From Mesoplasma florum L1 (GTDB lineage Bacteria > Bacillota_I > Bacilli_A > Mycoplasmatales > Mycoplasmataceae), in the NCBI RefSeq assembly GCF_000008305.1, contig NC_006055.1, forward strand, positions 660,001 through 692,000: a stretch of 32,000 bases of DNA, written 5' to 3'. The notes beneath the pieces are model-generated. The model had not been told where the DNA came from. It searched no databases and saw only the letters and a list, made by a program, of their open reading frames with translations. Positions 22,847-32,000 of the stretch are shown one piece after another; position 1 is the stretch's first letter; each line of letters opens with the position of its first letter. The translations under genes were made by a program, and so were the position numbers.

Positions 22847-24048
22847 TAATCCTCCTTGTTGATTTCTTCTGTGAAACTCCCATTTCAAAAAACAAATTTT
22901 TGTATTTTATTTTCCATTGTATAATCCAATAGTTCATTTCATAGAATAGCATTTTCTTGCTGTTCAGCCATTCATTTTTTAGGTTTTGTAACTGGTTGTT
23001 TTGGTACAAATAATGAACATGCATCATCAAAAGGCAAAATAGATGTCTCATAAGATTTAATAAATTTAGAAATTAATATAATTTCTTCTTTATCGTATGT
23101 TAGAACTGGTCTTAAAATAGGCAGTTCACTTGTTGAATTTATTACATCTATACTTTGAATTGTTTGAGAAGCAACTTGTCCTAAACTTTCACCTGTTATT
23201 AAGGCTTCTTGCCCATTTTGTTTGGCTAATTTGTTAGCTATACGCATAAACATTCTTCTCATAATTGTTATTTTGTAGCTTTCTTCTGGCATATGTTGTA
23301 GTTCTTGCAATAACATTGAAAAATCACAAACATAAAGATTAAATTTCTTTGAATTATATTTTGAAACAATTTTTGCAAGTTCAAATACTTTATCTAAAGC
23401 TTCTGGAGAAGTATGCGGTGGTGTCATAAAATGGATGAAATCAACATGCATACCTCTTTTCATTGTTAAGAAAGAAGCAACAGGTGAATCTATTCCACCG
23501 CTTAATAATGAAAGTCCTTTGCCACTAACACCTACAGGCAATCCTTTTAATCCTTGTATTCTTTTTGAAAAAATTTGAATACCATCTTTTTTAACAAGCA
23601 CTTCAATTTTCAAATCCGGATTATGAACATCAACAATAAGATTATCCACAGCCTTAAGAACCATTGGAGCTAGTGCTAACTTTAAGTCTGCACTTGTCAT
23701 TGGAAAACTTTTATCTTTTCTTGTAATTTCTAGTTTAAATCTTTTATATTCAGATTTTTTGGCTATCTCAATGATTTTTTCAGCAATTTTATCTAAATCT
23801 TTTTCACATTTTTCAATCACTGATAATGAATATATACCAAAAACTGTTTTTAATTCTTCAAGAACATCTTCTAATATTTCTTCTTCTGCATCAATAACTA
23901 ATGAATTATTATCTTTAATAAATTTAATTTTTGATTGATCAAATTTTTTTAATTTATATTTTATGTTATCCAAAAGTTTGCTAATAAACATATGTTTATT
24001 ATTCCCTTTTAATGTTAACTCACCATATCTTACTAATATACTTTTCAT
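22846..24048 (-). CDS. thiI: tRNA 4-thiouridine synthase / thiamine biosynthesis protein ThiI (400 aa)
   Basis: Contains a THUMP-like N-terminus and a PP-loop SGGIDSPVA. The track ORF ends at a TGA (22972-22974). Read as Trp, the frame continues for 42 more codons (three TGA in total) to TAA 22846-22848, restoring the normal length of about 400 aa and overlapping the dnaE ATG (TAATG). Confidence 0.85.
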
Positions 24049-24065
24049 TTTTCCTAATTTCTATT

Positions 24066-25856
24066 TTAACTAACTGCTATATTTTGAGAATTTAATTTAT
24101 TCAAAATTAAAACATTATCTTTTAAACATTCTGTATAGTTTTCTTGCTTTAACTTTTCTAATGATTTAGCAATATTTTTATCAATTGATTCTATTCCGCC
24201 GAAACGATTTAGGTATGACAAACTGACTTCTGCTAATTTAGCAAGATATATTGTTGAAGCCATATCATTTTTTAAAATTGCGAAACTAACAATTTTTCCG
24301 TCTAAGTACTCAATCATTTCATCAAATACAGGTCTTGATAAAAATGTGTCTGGATATACTCTTACGTTTTTCTCTGATTTTTCTAGTATTTTAAATCCAT
24401 TGTTAATTTGTTCTTGGTATGTTTTTAAAACTGAAATGCTTGGATTTTTAGCAATCATTACTTCCATAACAACTAATACTTTTTTTAAACTTATATTTCT
24501 TGATTGTATTTCATTAATTATTTCTTCTTGTGAAGTCAATTGTGCTCTAATTAATCGTAAATTTTCAAAAGATAAAAATATTTTAGATATTATGTCCATT
24601 AAATTTGAACCCTGTTTTGCATAGTGTAACTTTTGAACAGAAGTTTCGCTTAATGCAAATTCATTTAATAAATTTATGTATCTTTCTTCCTGATCTTTGA
24701 TTGTTTGTTCCACAGAAAAAATTCTTGATTTGATTGAATTTATATTATTGTTTGTACCAAACTTTTTATTTAGATTTCTAATATCCTTAAGAGCAACAAC
24801 TTCATTTGAAATTGAAGAAAATGCATTTTTAATCACTTTTTGACTAGATTCTATGAATTGTTTTATTGATGTTTCATATTTCATATTTATTTCAAATAAA
24901 CATATTTGAGATAAAAGTCTTCTTGAGTTTTCGTATGCTTTTTCAATATTTATAGAATAAATTTCTCTTTTAATTGTTTTAACTCAATTTGCGTAAAATC
25001 CTGAAATTGAATTAAACTGTGATTTTTTGTTATTTTTTTGTAATTCACTTCCTGCTGTACTTTCAAAAATAGAACTTCTAATTTCTTCTAATTTATTTTT
25101 TAATTGATAATCGATAAGATAAACAATTTTTTCAGTATCATCCAAAATTAATATCAACCTTGAAATTATTTCATAAGCATCTTTTAAGTTTGAAATTGCT
25201 TCGTTATATTTTGCATTTTTGATATCTAGACCAGCTGATTCTATGTAAAGATTTAAGTTATTAAAAAAGTTTGAGTTTAAACCATTTGGGCTTCATGTAT
25301 CATTTGTTGAACCATTTCCTGCTTTTATTAATGATTTAATATTGTTTGTTTCTTCTATTACATTTATATATCAGTCTCTTGCAATTTTTTGCATTTCAAG
25401 AATTTGTTCTATGTTATTTATTACGTCAACTGTATCAGCATGTAGTATTTCAGCTCTATAAAAAATTTTTTTAGCTTTTAAGTAGTTTCTAATTGTTGGT
25501 TTAGGGTTATAACTATTTTCATTGAACATCTCTGCTGTTTCAGTAGCTAAAGTAACAAATCTTTCTGCAAAGATATTGTAATAATTCCTTAGCATAATAT
25601 AAAACGTACTTTCTAAATTTCTGTTATCTTTATTTTTAATATATATTCTGTAAATAATTATAATTTTTTTAAGTAAAGGTGAAGAATCAACATATGTTAA
25701 TTTTCTTGAACTTTCATATGTATATTCAACTGTTTTTTTATACAATACAAGGGTAATCAAGGTTGCTAATAAACCTAATATTGAAATCACAACAAACACA
25801 ATACCAACTATTAATAAAGCTGTCGGTTTATTTGATAATGTTGACATTAATATCAT
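24066..25856 (-). CDS. membrane-anchored, mainly helical protein; putative EzrA-like septation-ring regulator (596 aa)
   Basis: Track ORFs 25371-25856 and 24066-24884 share one frame, and the 486-nt gap was fully translated with TGA only. It has a single N-terminal TM helix (ALLIVGIVFVVISILGLLATLITLVL) followed by about 550 aa of helix-prone sequence, with SYLNRFGG near the C-terminus (compare the EzrA QNR patch). Its position next to thiI, with rpsD and tyrS nearby, mirrors ezrA in Bacillus. The functional call is inference. Confidence 0.45.
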
Positions 25857-25914
25857 GAAATCACCACTTTTCTACTATATATAATTATAACAAATATATT
25901 TAACACATTTGTTG

Positions 25915-25943
25915 TTGAAAGTAATCTACTTTATATATATAAT
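25915..25943 (+). promoter_or_regulatory. sigma-70-type promoter of rpsD
   Basis: TTGAAA (25915-25920), a 17-nt spacer, then TATAAT (25938-25943). It lies about 165 nt upstream of the rpsD ATG. Confidence 0.55.
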
Positions 25944-25949
25944 ATTAAA

Positions 25950-26107
25950 GTTATTGTTTATATTCTGCGGATGAATATTTACTAAAAACTGTTTACACAT
26001 GCTTAAAGTAGTAACTCTTGGCAGTAAGAGCGAATCGGTAAACTGGTTAGTAAGGAATTTATCAAAGATTATTTTTAATAACGCTTATTTTAAAAAGGAG
26101 ATAGCGT
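25950..26107 (+). promoter_or_regulatory. structured rpsD 5' leader (candidate S4 autoregulatory element)
   Basis: A leader of about 158 nt containing relatively GC-enriched segments (CTGCGGATG, ACTCTTGGCAGTAAGAGCGAATCGGTAAACTGGTTAG). It has a hairpin CTCTT-GGCAGT-AAGAG, and ACGCT...AGCGT helix arms bracket the AAGGAGA Shine-Dalgarno sequence right at the ATG. Confidence 0.45.
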
Positions 26108-26734
26108 ATGTCAAGATATACAGGATCAACATTTAAAAAAGCAAGAAGATATGGTTTCTCAATTCTTGAGAATGGTAAAGAATTTAGCAAAGGGAAAAAA
26201 AGAGTAACAACTCCAGGTCAACACGGTAAAGACAAAGCTCGTTTAAAAATGAGTGGATATGGTGCTCAATTACAAGAAAAACAAAAAGTTAAATTCATGT
26301 ATGGAATGACTGAAAGACAATTCAGAAACACATTTGCTAAAGCTAAAAAAGTTCACGGTGGAATTTTAGGGACAAACTTCCTAGTATTATTAGAATCAAG
26401 ATTGGACAACATCGTTTTCCGTCTTGGATTTGCAATGACTAGACAAGCTGCTCGTCAATTAGTAAACCACGGACACATTTTAGTAAATGGTAAAAAATTA
26501 GACATTCCTTCATACCAAGTAAAACCAGGTGATTCAATTGAAGTTAAAGAAGCTATGAAGAAAAATGATAAAATTGCTGAAGCATTACAAAATAATGAAT
26601 CAACAGTTGAATTCGTTAAAGTTGATAAAGCTAATTTAAAAGGTCAATTTGTTAGATTACCTGAACGTCAAGAATTAAATCTAGAAATCAACGATGCTTT
26701 AATTGTTGAATGATACAACCGTTTAATTAAATAA
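26108..26734 (+). CDS. rpsD: 30S ribosomal protein S4 (208 aa)
   Basis: Begins [21 protein letters not shown] and contains the S4 RNA-binding domain [44 protein letters not shown]. The track ORF stops at TGA 26711. Read as W, the protein ends EWYNRLIK at TAA 26732-26734. Confidence 0.95.
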
Positions 26735-26746
26735 TTAATTAAACTT

Positions 26747-26778
26747 AAAAACGTCAGCTTTTTGCTGGCGTTTTTTTA
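26747..26778 (+). terminator. intrinsic terminator after rpsD
   Basis: ACGTCAGC-TTTTT-GCTGGCGT (8 bp with one G-U pair) followed by T7. Confidence 0.7.
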
Positions 26779-26984
26779 TTTTACATATTTATATAAAACT
26801 CATCCTAAGATGAGTTAATTTGTTTTGAGAGAAAAAATAAAATGTAAATTTGATAATAAAAGTATATATAAATGAAAAGATTTAAAAACTGCTTTAGCAA
26901 TTTTTATGCGGGGGGATAAATTCTTATCCCCTATTTTTATTATATATATTTTTTTCCAAATGTTAAATGTTTTTTTGGAATTTT

Positions 26985-28226
<1,242 letters not shown>

Positions 28227-28236
28227 AAATTCTCCT

Positions 28237-29292
28237 TTATTTTATTTGTGTTAGACGATCAGAAGCTATGTTTTTTCTACCAAACTTAGCCTGTTCTTTT
28301 CCGTTTATTAAAACTGCATCTCCTGTAAAATTGTTATCTATTTTTGCTAAATATCCACCAACACCATAAATATCAACAGGTGTATTATTATTTTCGAATT
28401 CTTTTATTTTTTCTTCTGTTAAACCTGATGAAACAATTATTTTTACATGTTTATTTCCTGATTCATCCAGTGCTTTTCTAACTTCTTTAATTAAATATTG
28501 ATTTACTCCATATAGATTTGCATTTTCAGGATATTTATTTCTGTTTTCTTCTAAGTACTTATCAATTAAATTACCTGATGTATCAATTCTTATAGCTCAA
28601 AGTTTTTCTTTAAAATGATTTGCAACTTTTACAGAATCTCTTACACAATCATTGTTATAGTCAACAAGAGATAATAAATTACTTTCAGGAAAGTTTCTAT
28701 AAAATGCTTCAGTTGCTTTCAAAATATCACCATCAAAAGCCTGAATAAGCGCATGTGGCATTGTTCCTGATGGTTTTGGCACGCTTGAATCATCAATTAG
28801 TTCAACTGATGCTTCTGTTACAAATAATTTAATTCCTCCTACTCATGAAGAATATCCATCACTAGGTAAAGTCAAATAGGAATCTGCACGATCCATCATA
28901 TTTAAAACTGGTTTACCATTAGCAGCTTTAACAATTTTGCTTGAGTTTGTAGCTATACATGAATTTCTTGCTAAAATTCCGTCAATCATACCTTCTAATC
29001 AACCAAAGCTAGAATAATTACCTTCGATCTTTAAAACCGGTTCATTTGCGTTTATTATGTCTCCATCTTTTAAAGCTCAAATTTTTAAATTTTTATAATC
29101 TTTACATGCAAATTCAAGAAGTTGTATAACTTCATTTATACCTGATAATGTTATATTGTTTTTTCTTTGAAAAAATTGCATAGTAACAATAGAATTTGGA
29201 AATTCGTTATTAATAATTAAACTAGTTTTTTTAAAATAGTCAGCTATATAATATCCGTCTTTTATTTTTTTATCAAAATTTATTTTATTCAT
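28237..29292 (-). CDS. pncB: nicotinate phosphoribosyltransferase (351 aa)
   Basis: Track ORFs 29077-29292 and 28597-28782 share one frame. The gaps and the C-terminus were translated (GTMPHALIQAF, RIDTSGNL, IIVSSGL, VDIYGVGG) to TAA 28237-28239, which overlaps the tyrS Shine-Dalgarno sequence. Confidence 0.8.
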
Positions 29293-29296
29293 AAAA

Positions 29297-29878
29297 TTAA
29301 CCTTTAAACTCGCTACCTAAATTATTGCGATATTTTTCATCTAACTCAATTATGCCTTCAGAATTAAATTTTCCTTCTTCAATATTTAATTCTTTTGCGC
29401 TACATAACATTCCTTCTGAATCATATCCTCTTAACTTACCTTTTTGAATTTGCATTCCATTAGGCATTCAACTTCCATCTGTTGCAACAACTACAAATAT
29501 ACCTTCTCTAGCATTTTTTGCACCACAAACTATTTTTAAAATTTTTGTTTTAATATCAACTTCACAAGCACTCAAGTGTGTGTCAGGGATTGCATCACAT
29601 TTGATAATTTTCCCAATAACAAATTGTTCTAATGGCTCAAGTTTAATAACATCCTTTAACTCAGAATTAATATAAGTTAAAATATCAGAATCATTATAAA
29701 TAAAATTTTTATTAATCTCTAATTTTACTTCAAAGATATTTATCCCTACTAACTCCTCCTCATTTTTTAAAATAACTATATTCCCTTTTTTTTCTGAAGA
29801 TGTAATAGGTTTGTTTTTAAAAGTTAACATTAAACAATTAAACTGTTTATTGTAAAATACTCCAAATTTTGTACTCAT
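29297..29878 (-). CDS. YtpR-like tRNA-binding domain protein (CsaA/EMAP-II-type OB fold, 193 aa)
   Basis: Track ORF 29468-29878 continues through a TGA to TAA 29297-29299. The segment [79 protein letters not shown] is the classic tRNA-binding domain also found at the N-terminus of PheT. Confidence 0.75.
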
Positions 29879-29955
29879 GTGTCTACCTCTATTTTAATAA
29901 TTTTATTAATATTATATAATTAAGTTATTAAAAAAGCACAACAGGAGGTTATATT

Positions 29956-30786
29956 ATGAAAATAGCTATTTTAACTGACTCATCATTTGATGGGAATTTG
30001 AAAAGTTTTAAAGATTTGTATCAAGTACCTTTATTAATTGTTGAAGAAGATGGTACAACACATTTTAGTGATGATAAGTTAGACGATAACTTTTTTTATG
30101 ACTTATTAGAAAAGCAGGCTCTTAAAACTGCACAAACCACACCGGGTGAAATGTTAAAGGTTTGAGATAAACTTTTAACTGAATATGATCAAATAATATT
30201 CTTGCCTTTATCAAAAGGATTAAGTGGTCAATTCAATACTTACAGAATGTTAAGTGAAACTGAAGAAGAGTACAAAGGTAAAGTCTTTGTTTGTGATACT
30301 AACGGAGTAAGTATTATTAATCAAGAATTTGTTAAGAAAGTTGCCTTCTGAATTGCACAAAATAAAAGAGGTTTTGAAATAATGGAATTAGTTTCTAAAG
30401 CAAATGAGGATTTCATTGGATACATAATTCCAAAAACTTTAGATACATTGAAGCGTGGTGGAAGAATTAGCCCTGCTGCAGCTAGTTTAGCAAAAATGTT
30501 AAAAATTGTTCCCATATTAAGATATGATGGAAAAATAGATAAAGAAGCAACTGCAAGAACTTTTAAAAAAGCAGTTAATGAAGCATTGGATTTAATAAAG
30601 AAAAATGCTAAAGGTGTTAAGGTTGTTGATATATCTTATTCAAGAATGCAACCAGAAACATTAGCAGAAGTCATTCAAATAATTGAAGAAAAGGGCTTTC
30701 AAATAAATTTAAAAAGCCAAATAACTAGCGTTATTGCAGCTCATACTGGTAAAGAAACTTTAGCAATTGCTGTATGAAAGAAATAG
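29956..30786 (+). CDS. DegV family fatty-acid-binding protein (276 aa)
   Basis: ATG follows CAGGAGG. Track ORFs 29956-30165 and 30382-30777 share one frame and the gap was translated. DegV hallmarks are present: MKIAILTDSS, TAQTTPGEM, LSKGLSGQFN, LKRGGRIS and AAHTG. Confidence 0.85.
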
Positions 30787-30794
30787 GAGGATTT

Positions 30795-31646
30795 ATGAAA
30801 ATAGTTATTTTATTAGATAGTTCAGGAACTAATCAATCAGAAAAAATAAAAAATAAAAATATTGAGGTTTTACCTTTACACTTTACTTTCCCTAATGGAA
30901 CAGATATGTTAGACACTCCAAAAGAAGTGAAAGAAAAAGGCATTATTAAATTAATTTCAGAGGGTGTTGATATCAAAACAAGTCAAGCTAGTCCAGGTGA
31001 AGTCGAAAACAAATATGACGAACTTTTAAAAACTTATGATCACATTTTTCATATCCCTATAACAGGTAATTTATCAAGTATGCTACAAACAGCAATGATG
31101 GTTTCAAGAGATGATAAATATATTGGAAAAGTTACTGTTTATGAAAATTTAAACATTGCAGCTCAAGCAATAGAACAAACGGCTCTTCATATTTCTAAAT
31201 TGTTAGAAGAAGGTAAAATTAAAACACCTGAAGAAATAACACAAGCAATTAAAGAATATGAAAAAGAAATGTATATTGCAATTCTTCCTGGTGATTTAAA
31301 AAGATTAACAAATGGTGGGAGAGGTAAAAAAGCTGTCACAACTGTCTTAAATATTTTAAAAACTAAAGTATTAATTAAATGAGAAGCTGAACCTAAAAAA
31401 GAAGCTATGGGTAGAACAATCAATTCAATAATGGATAGAATTACTAAAGTATATCATGAGAGCTATTCAAAAGGTTTTGAAATGGTTTTTGTTAGAACAC
31501 CTTTAACTTCTTCAAAAATATATGAAGCTGCTAGAGGAGCTTTAGTTGAAGCTAAAGTTAATTTTTCAGAAGAATTAATACCAAATATTTACACAGCACA
31601 TGCAGGTGTAGACACAATAGGTTTTATTATTACAAAAAAAATATAA
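30795..31646 (+). CDS. DegV family fatty-acid-binding protein, second paralog (283 aa)
   Basis: I chose ATG 30795 (MKIVILLDSSG) because TAGGAGGA lies 4 nt upstream. Track ORFs 30774-31382 and 31407-31646 share one frame joined by TGA. Motifs include TSQASPGE, ITGNLSSM, LTNGGRG and TAHAGVD. Confidence 0.85.
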
Positions 31647-31696
31647 AAAATGAATTGGTGAAAGTTTTTAACTTCATCAATTCATTTTATTTTTTA
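31645..31696. terminator. bidirectional intrinsic terminator (DegV / tRNA-Trp operon)
   Basis: The outer stem AATGAATTG/CAATTCATT (31649-31657 / 31678-31686) encloses an imperfect inner helix. An A-run lies upstream and TTTTATTTTTT downstream. Confidence 0.65.
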
Positions 31697-31698
31697 AT

Positions 31699-31774
31699 TG
31701 GCAGAGGTAACAAGACTCGAACTCGTGACACTCGGTTTTGGAGACCGATGTTCTACCATCTGAACTATACCTCT
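31699..31774 (-). tRNA. trnW: tRNA-Trp (anticodon CCA), CCA end encoded
   Basis: The reverse complement AGAGGTATAGTTCAGATGGTAGAACATCGGTCTCCAAAACCGAGTGTCACGAGTTCGAGTCTTGTTACCTCTGCCA folds into a full cloverleaf, with a 7-bp acceptor stem, the GTTC/GAAC D stem, the TCGGT/ACCGA anticodon stem, loop CTCCAAA and a TTCGAGT T-loop. Confidence 0.95.
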
Positions 31775-31799
31775 AAAAAAGTACTCAATAATGAGCACT
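31775..31799 (-). terminator. attenuator or terminator-like hairpin between the two tRNA-Trp genes
   Basis: Minus-strand GUGCUCA-UUAU-UGAGUAC (7 bp, one G-U pair) followed by U6, placed immediately before the 5' end of tRNA-Trp(CCA). Confidence 0.6.
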
Positions 31800-31815
31800 T
31801 TGTTTTTTTTAAAAT

Positions 31816-31891
31816 TGGCAGGGGCAGCAAGACTCGAACTCGCGACACTCGGTTTTGAAGACCGATGTTCTGCCAACTGAACTATGCCCCT
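31816..31891 (-). tRNA. trnW: tRNA-Trp (anticodon UCA, reads UGA and UGG), CCA end encoded
   Basis: The reverse complement AGGGGCATAGTTCAGTTGGCAGAACATCGGTCTTCAAAACCGAGTGTCGCGAGTTCGAGTCTTGCTGCCCCTGCCA forms a full cloverleaf. The anticodon loop is CTTCAAA with anticodon TCA. Confidence 0.95.
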
Positions 31892-31906
31892 ATTAAACAC
31901 TTAAAT

Positions 31907-31935
31907 ATTATAAATAAAAAAAAGGTTTTTTTCAA
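31907..31935 (-). promoter_or_regulatory. sigma-70-type promoter of the tRNA-Trp operon
   Basis: On the minus strand: TTGAAA (31930-31935), a 17-nt spacer, then TATAAT (31907-31912), about 16 nt upstream of the tRNA 5' end. Confidence 0.6.
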
Positions 31936-32000
31936 TCCTAATATGAAAGCGTTGTTTTATTTTGAGCTACAATTTTCGCAAATCACATGTATCTCTATCT

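Noticed and set aside
22812-23051. Track ORF 22812-23051 (-), and the 14-codon N-terminal extension of dnaE (MKWEFHRRNQQGGL, start at 22888).
   Set aside because: The region is the in-frame C-terminal extension of thiI once TGA is read as Trp. The dnaE ATG at 22846 has a consensus AAGGAGG and matches the conserved PHP-domain N-terminus, while the upstream ATG has no RBS.
26873-26965. A possible 30-codon small ORF (MKRFKNCFSNFYAGGINSYPLFLLYIFFSKC) in the rpsD/tyrS spacer.
   Set aside because: It has no Shine-Dalgarno sequence, it spans a terminator-like hairpin, and its composition is typical of random AT-rich sequence.
31655-31900. Track ORFs 31655-31858 (+) and 31694-31900 (-), with internally repeated peptides (GRG.KTRTRDTRF).
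   Set aside because: They are translations of the two tRNA-Trp genes and the spacer between them. The repeat simply reflects the tRNA duplication.
31936-32000. A possible gene edge at the right end of the window: a plus-strand ATG at 31943, or a minus-strand C-terminus ...CENCSSK ending about 31955.
   Set aside because: With fewer than 20 codons visible, no RBS for the plus-strand ATG and no recognisable motif, this cannot be supported from the window.

Overview
This is a very AT-rich Mollicutes-type chromosome segment, resembling the Mesoplasma/Entomoplasma or Mycoplasma mycoides clade. It is read with translation table 4 (TGA = Trp). Almost every gene carries in-frame TGA codons, so the standard-code ORF track is fragmented. 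I re-joined the fragments by hand-translating every gap and checking that no TAA or TAG occurs. The window is a dense core region of mostly housekeeping genes. In order: membrane protein and GT2 glycosyltransferase (-), def (+), RNase J (+), a PhnD/PhnC/PhnE-family ABC transporter operon (-) preceded by a purine-family riboswitch of the 2'-deoxyguanosine type, two hypothetical membrane proteins, an FMN riboswitch with a putative riboflavin transporter (+), pgk and gap (-), dnaI and Bacillus-type dnaB (-), fpg, polA, dnaE and thiI (-), a 596-aa membrane-anchored helical protein that I tentatively call EzrA-like (-), rpsD with a long leader (+), tyrS, pncB and a YtpR-like tRNA-binding protein (-), two tandem DegV genes (+), and a tandem tRNA-Trp(UCA)/tRNA-Trp(CCA) operon with an internal attenuator hairpin (-). 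I see no CRISPR array, IS or transposon, integrase, prophage, toxin-antitoxin pair or recognisable defence system, and no convincing evidence for a wholly new multi-gene system. The best leads are the riboswitch-controlled 'phosphonate-type' transporter, whose substrate assignment is probably wrong, together with its unusual 871-aa fused permease, and the EzrA-like protein. All coordinates come from manual frame tracking. Functional calls rest on motif recognition and remembered family knowledge, not on database searches.
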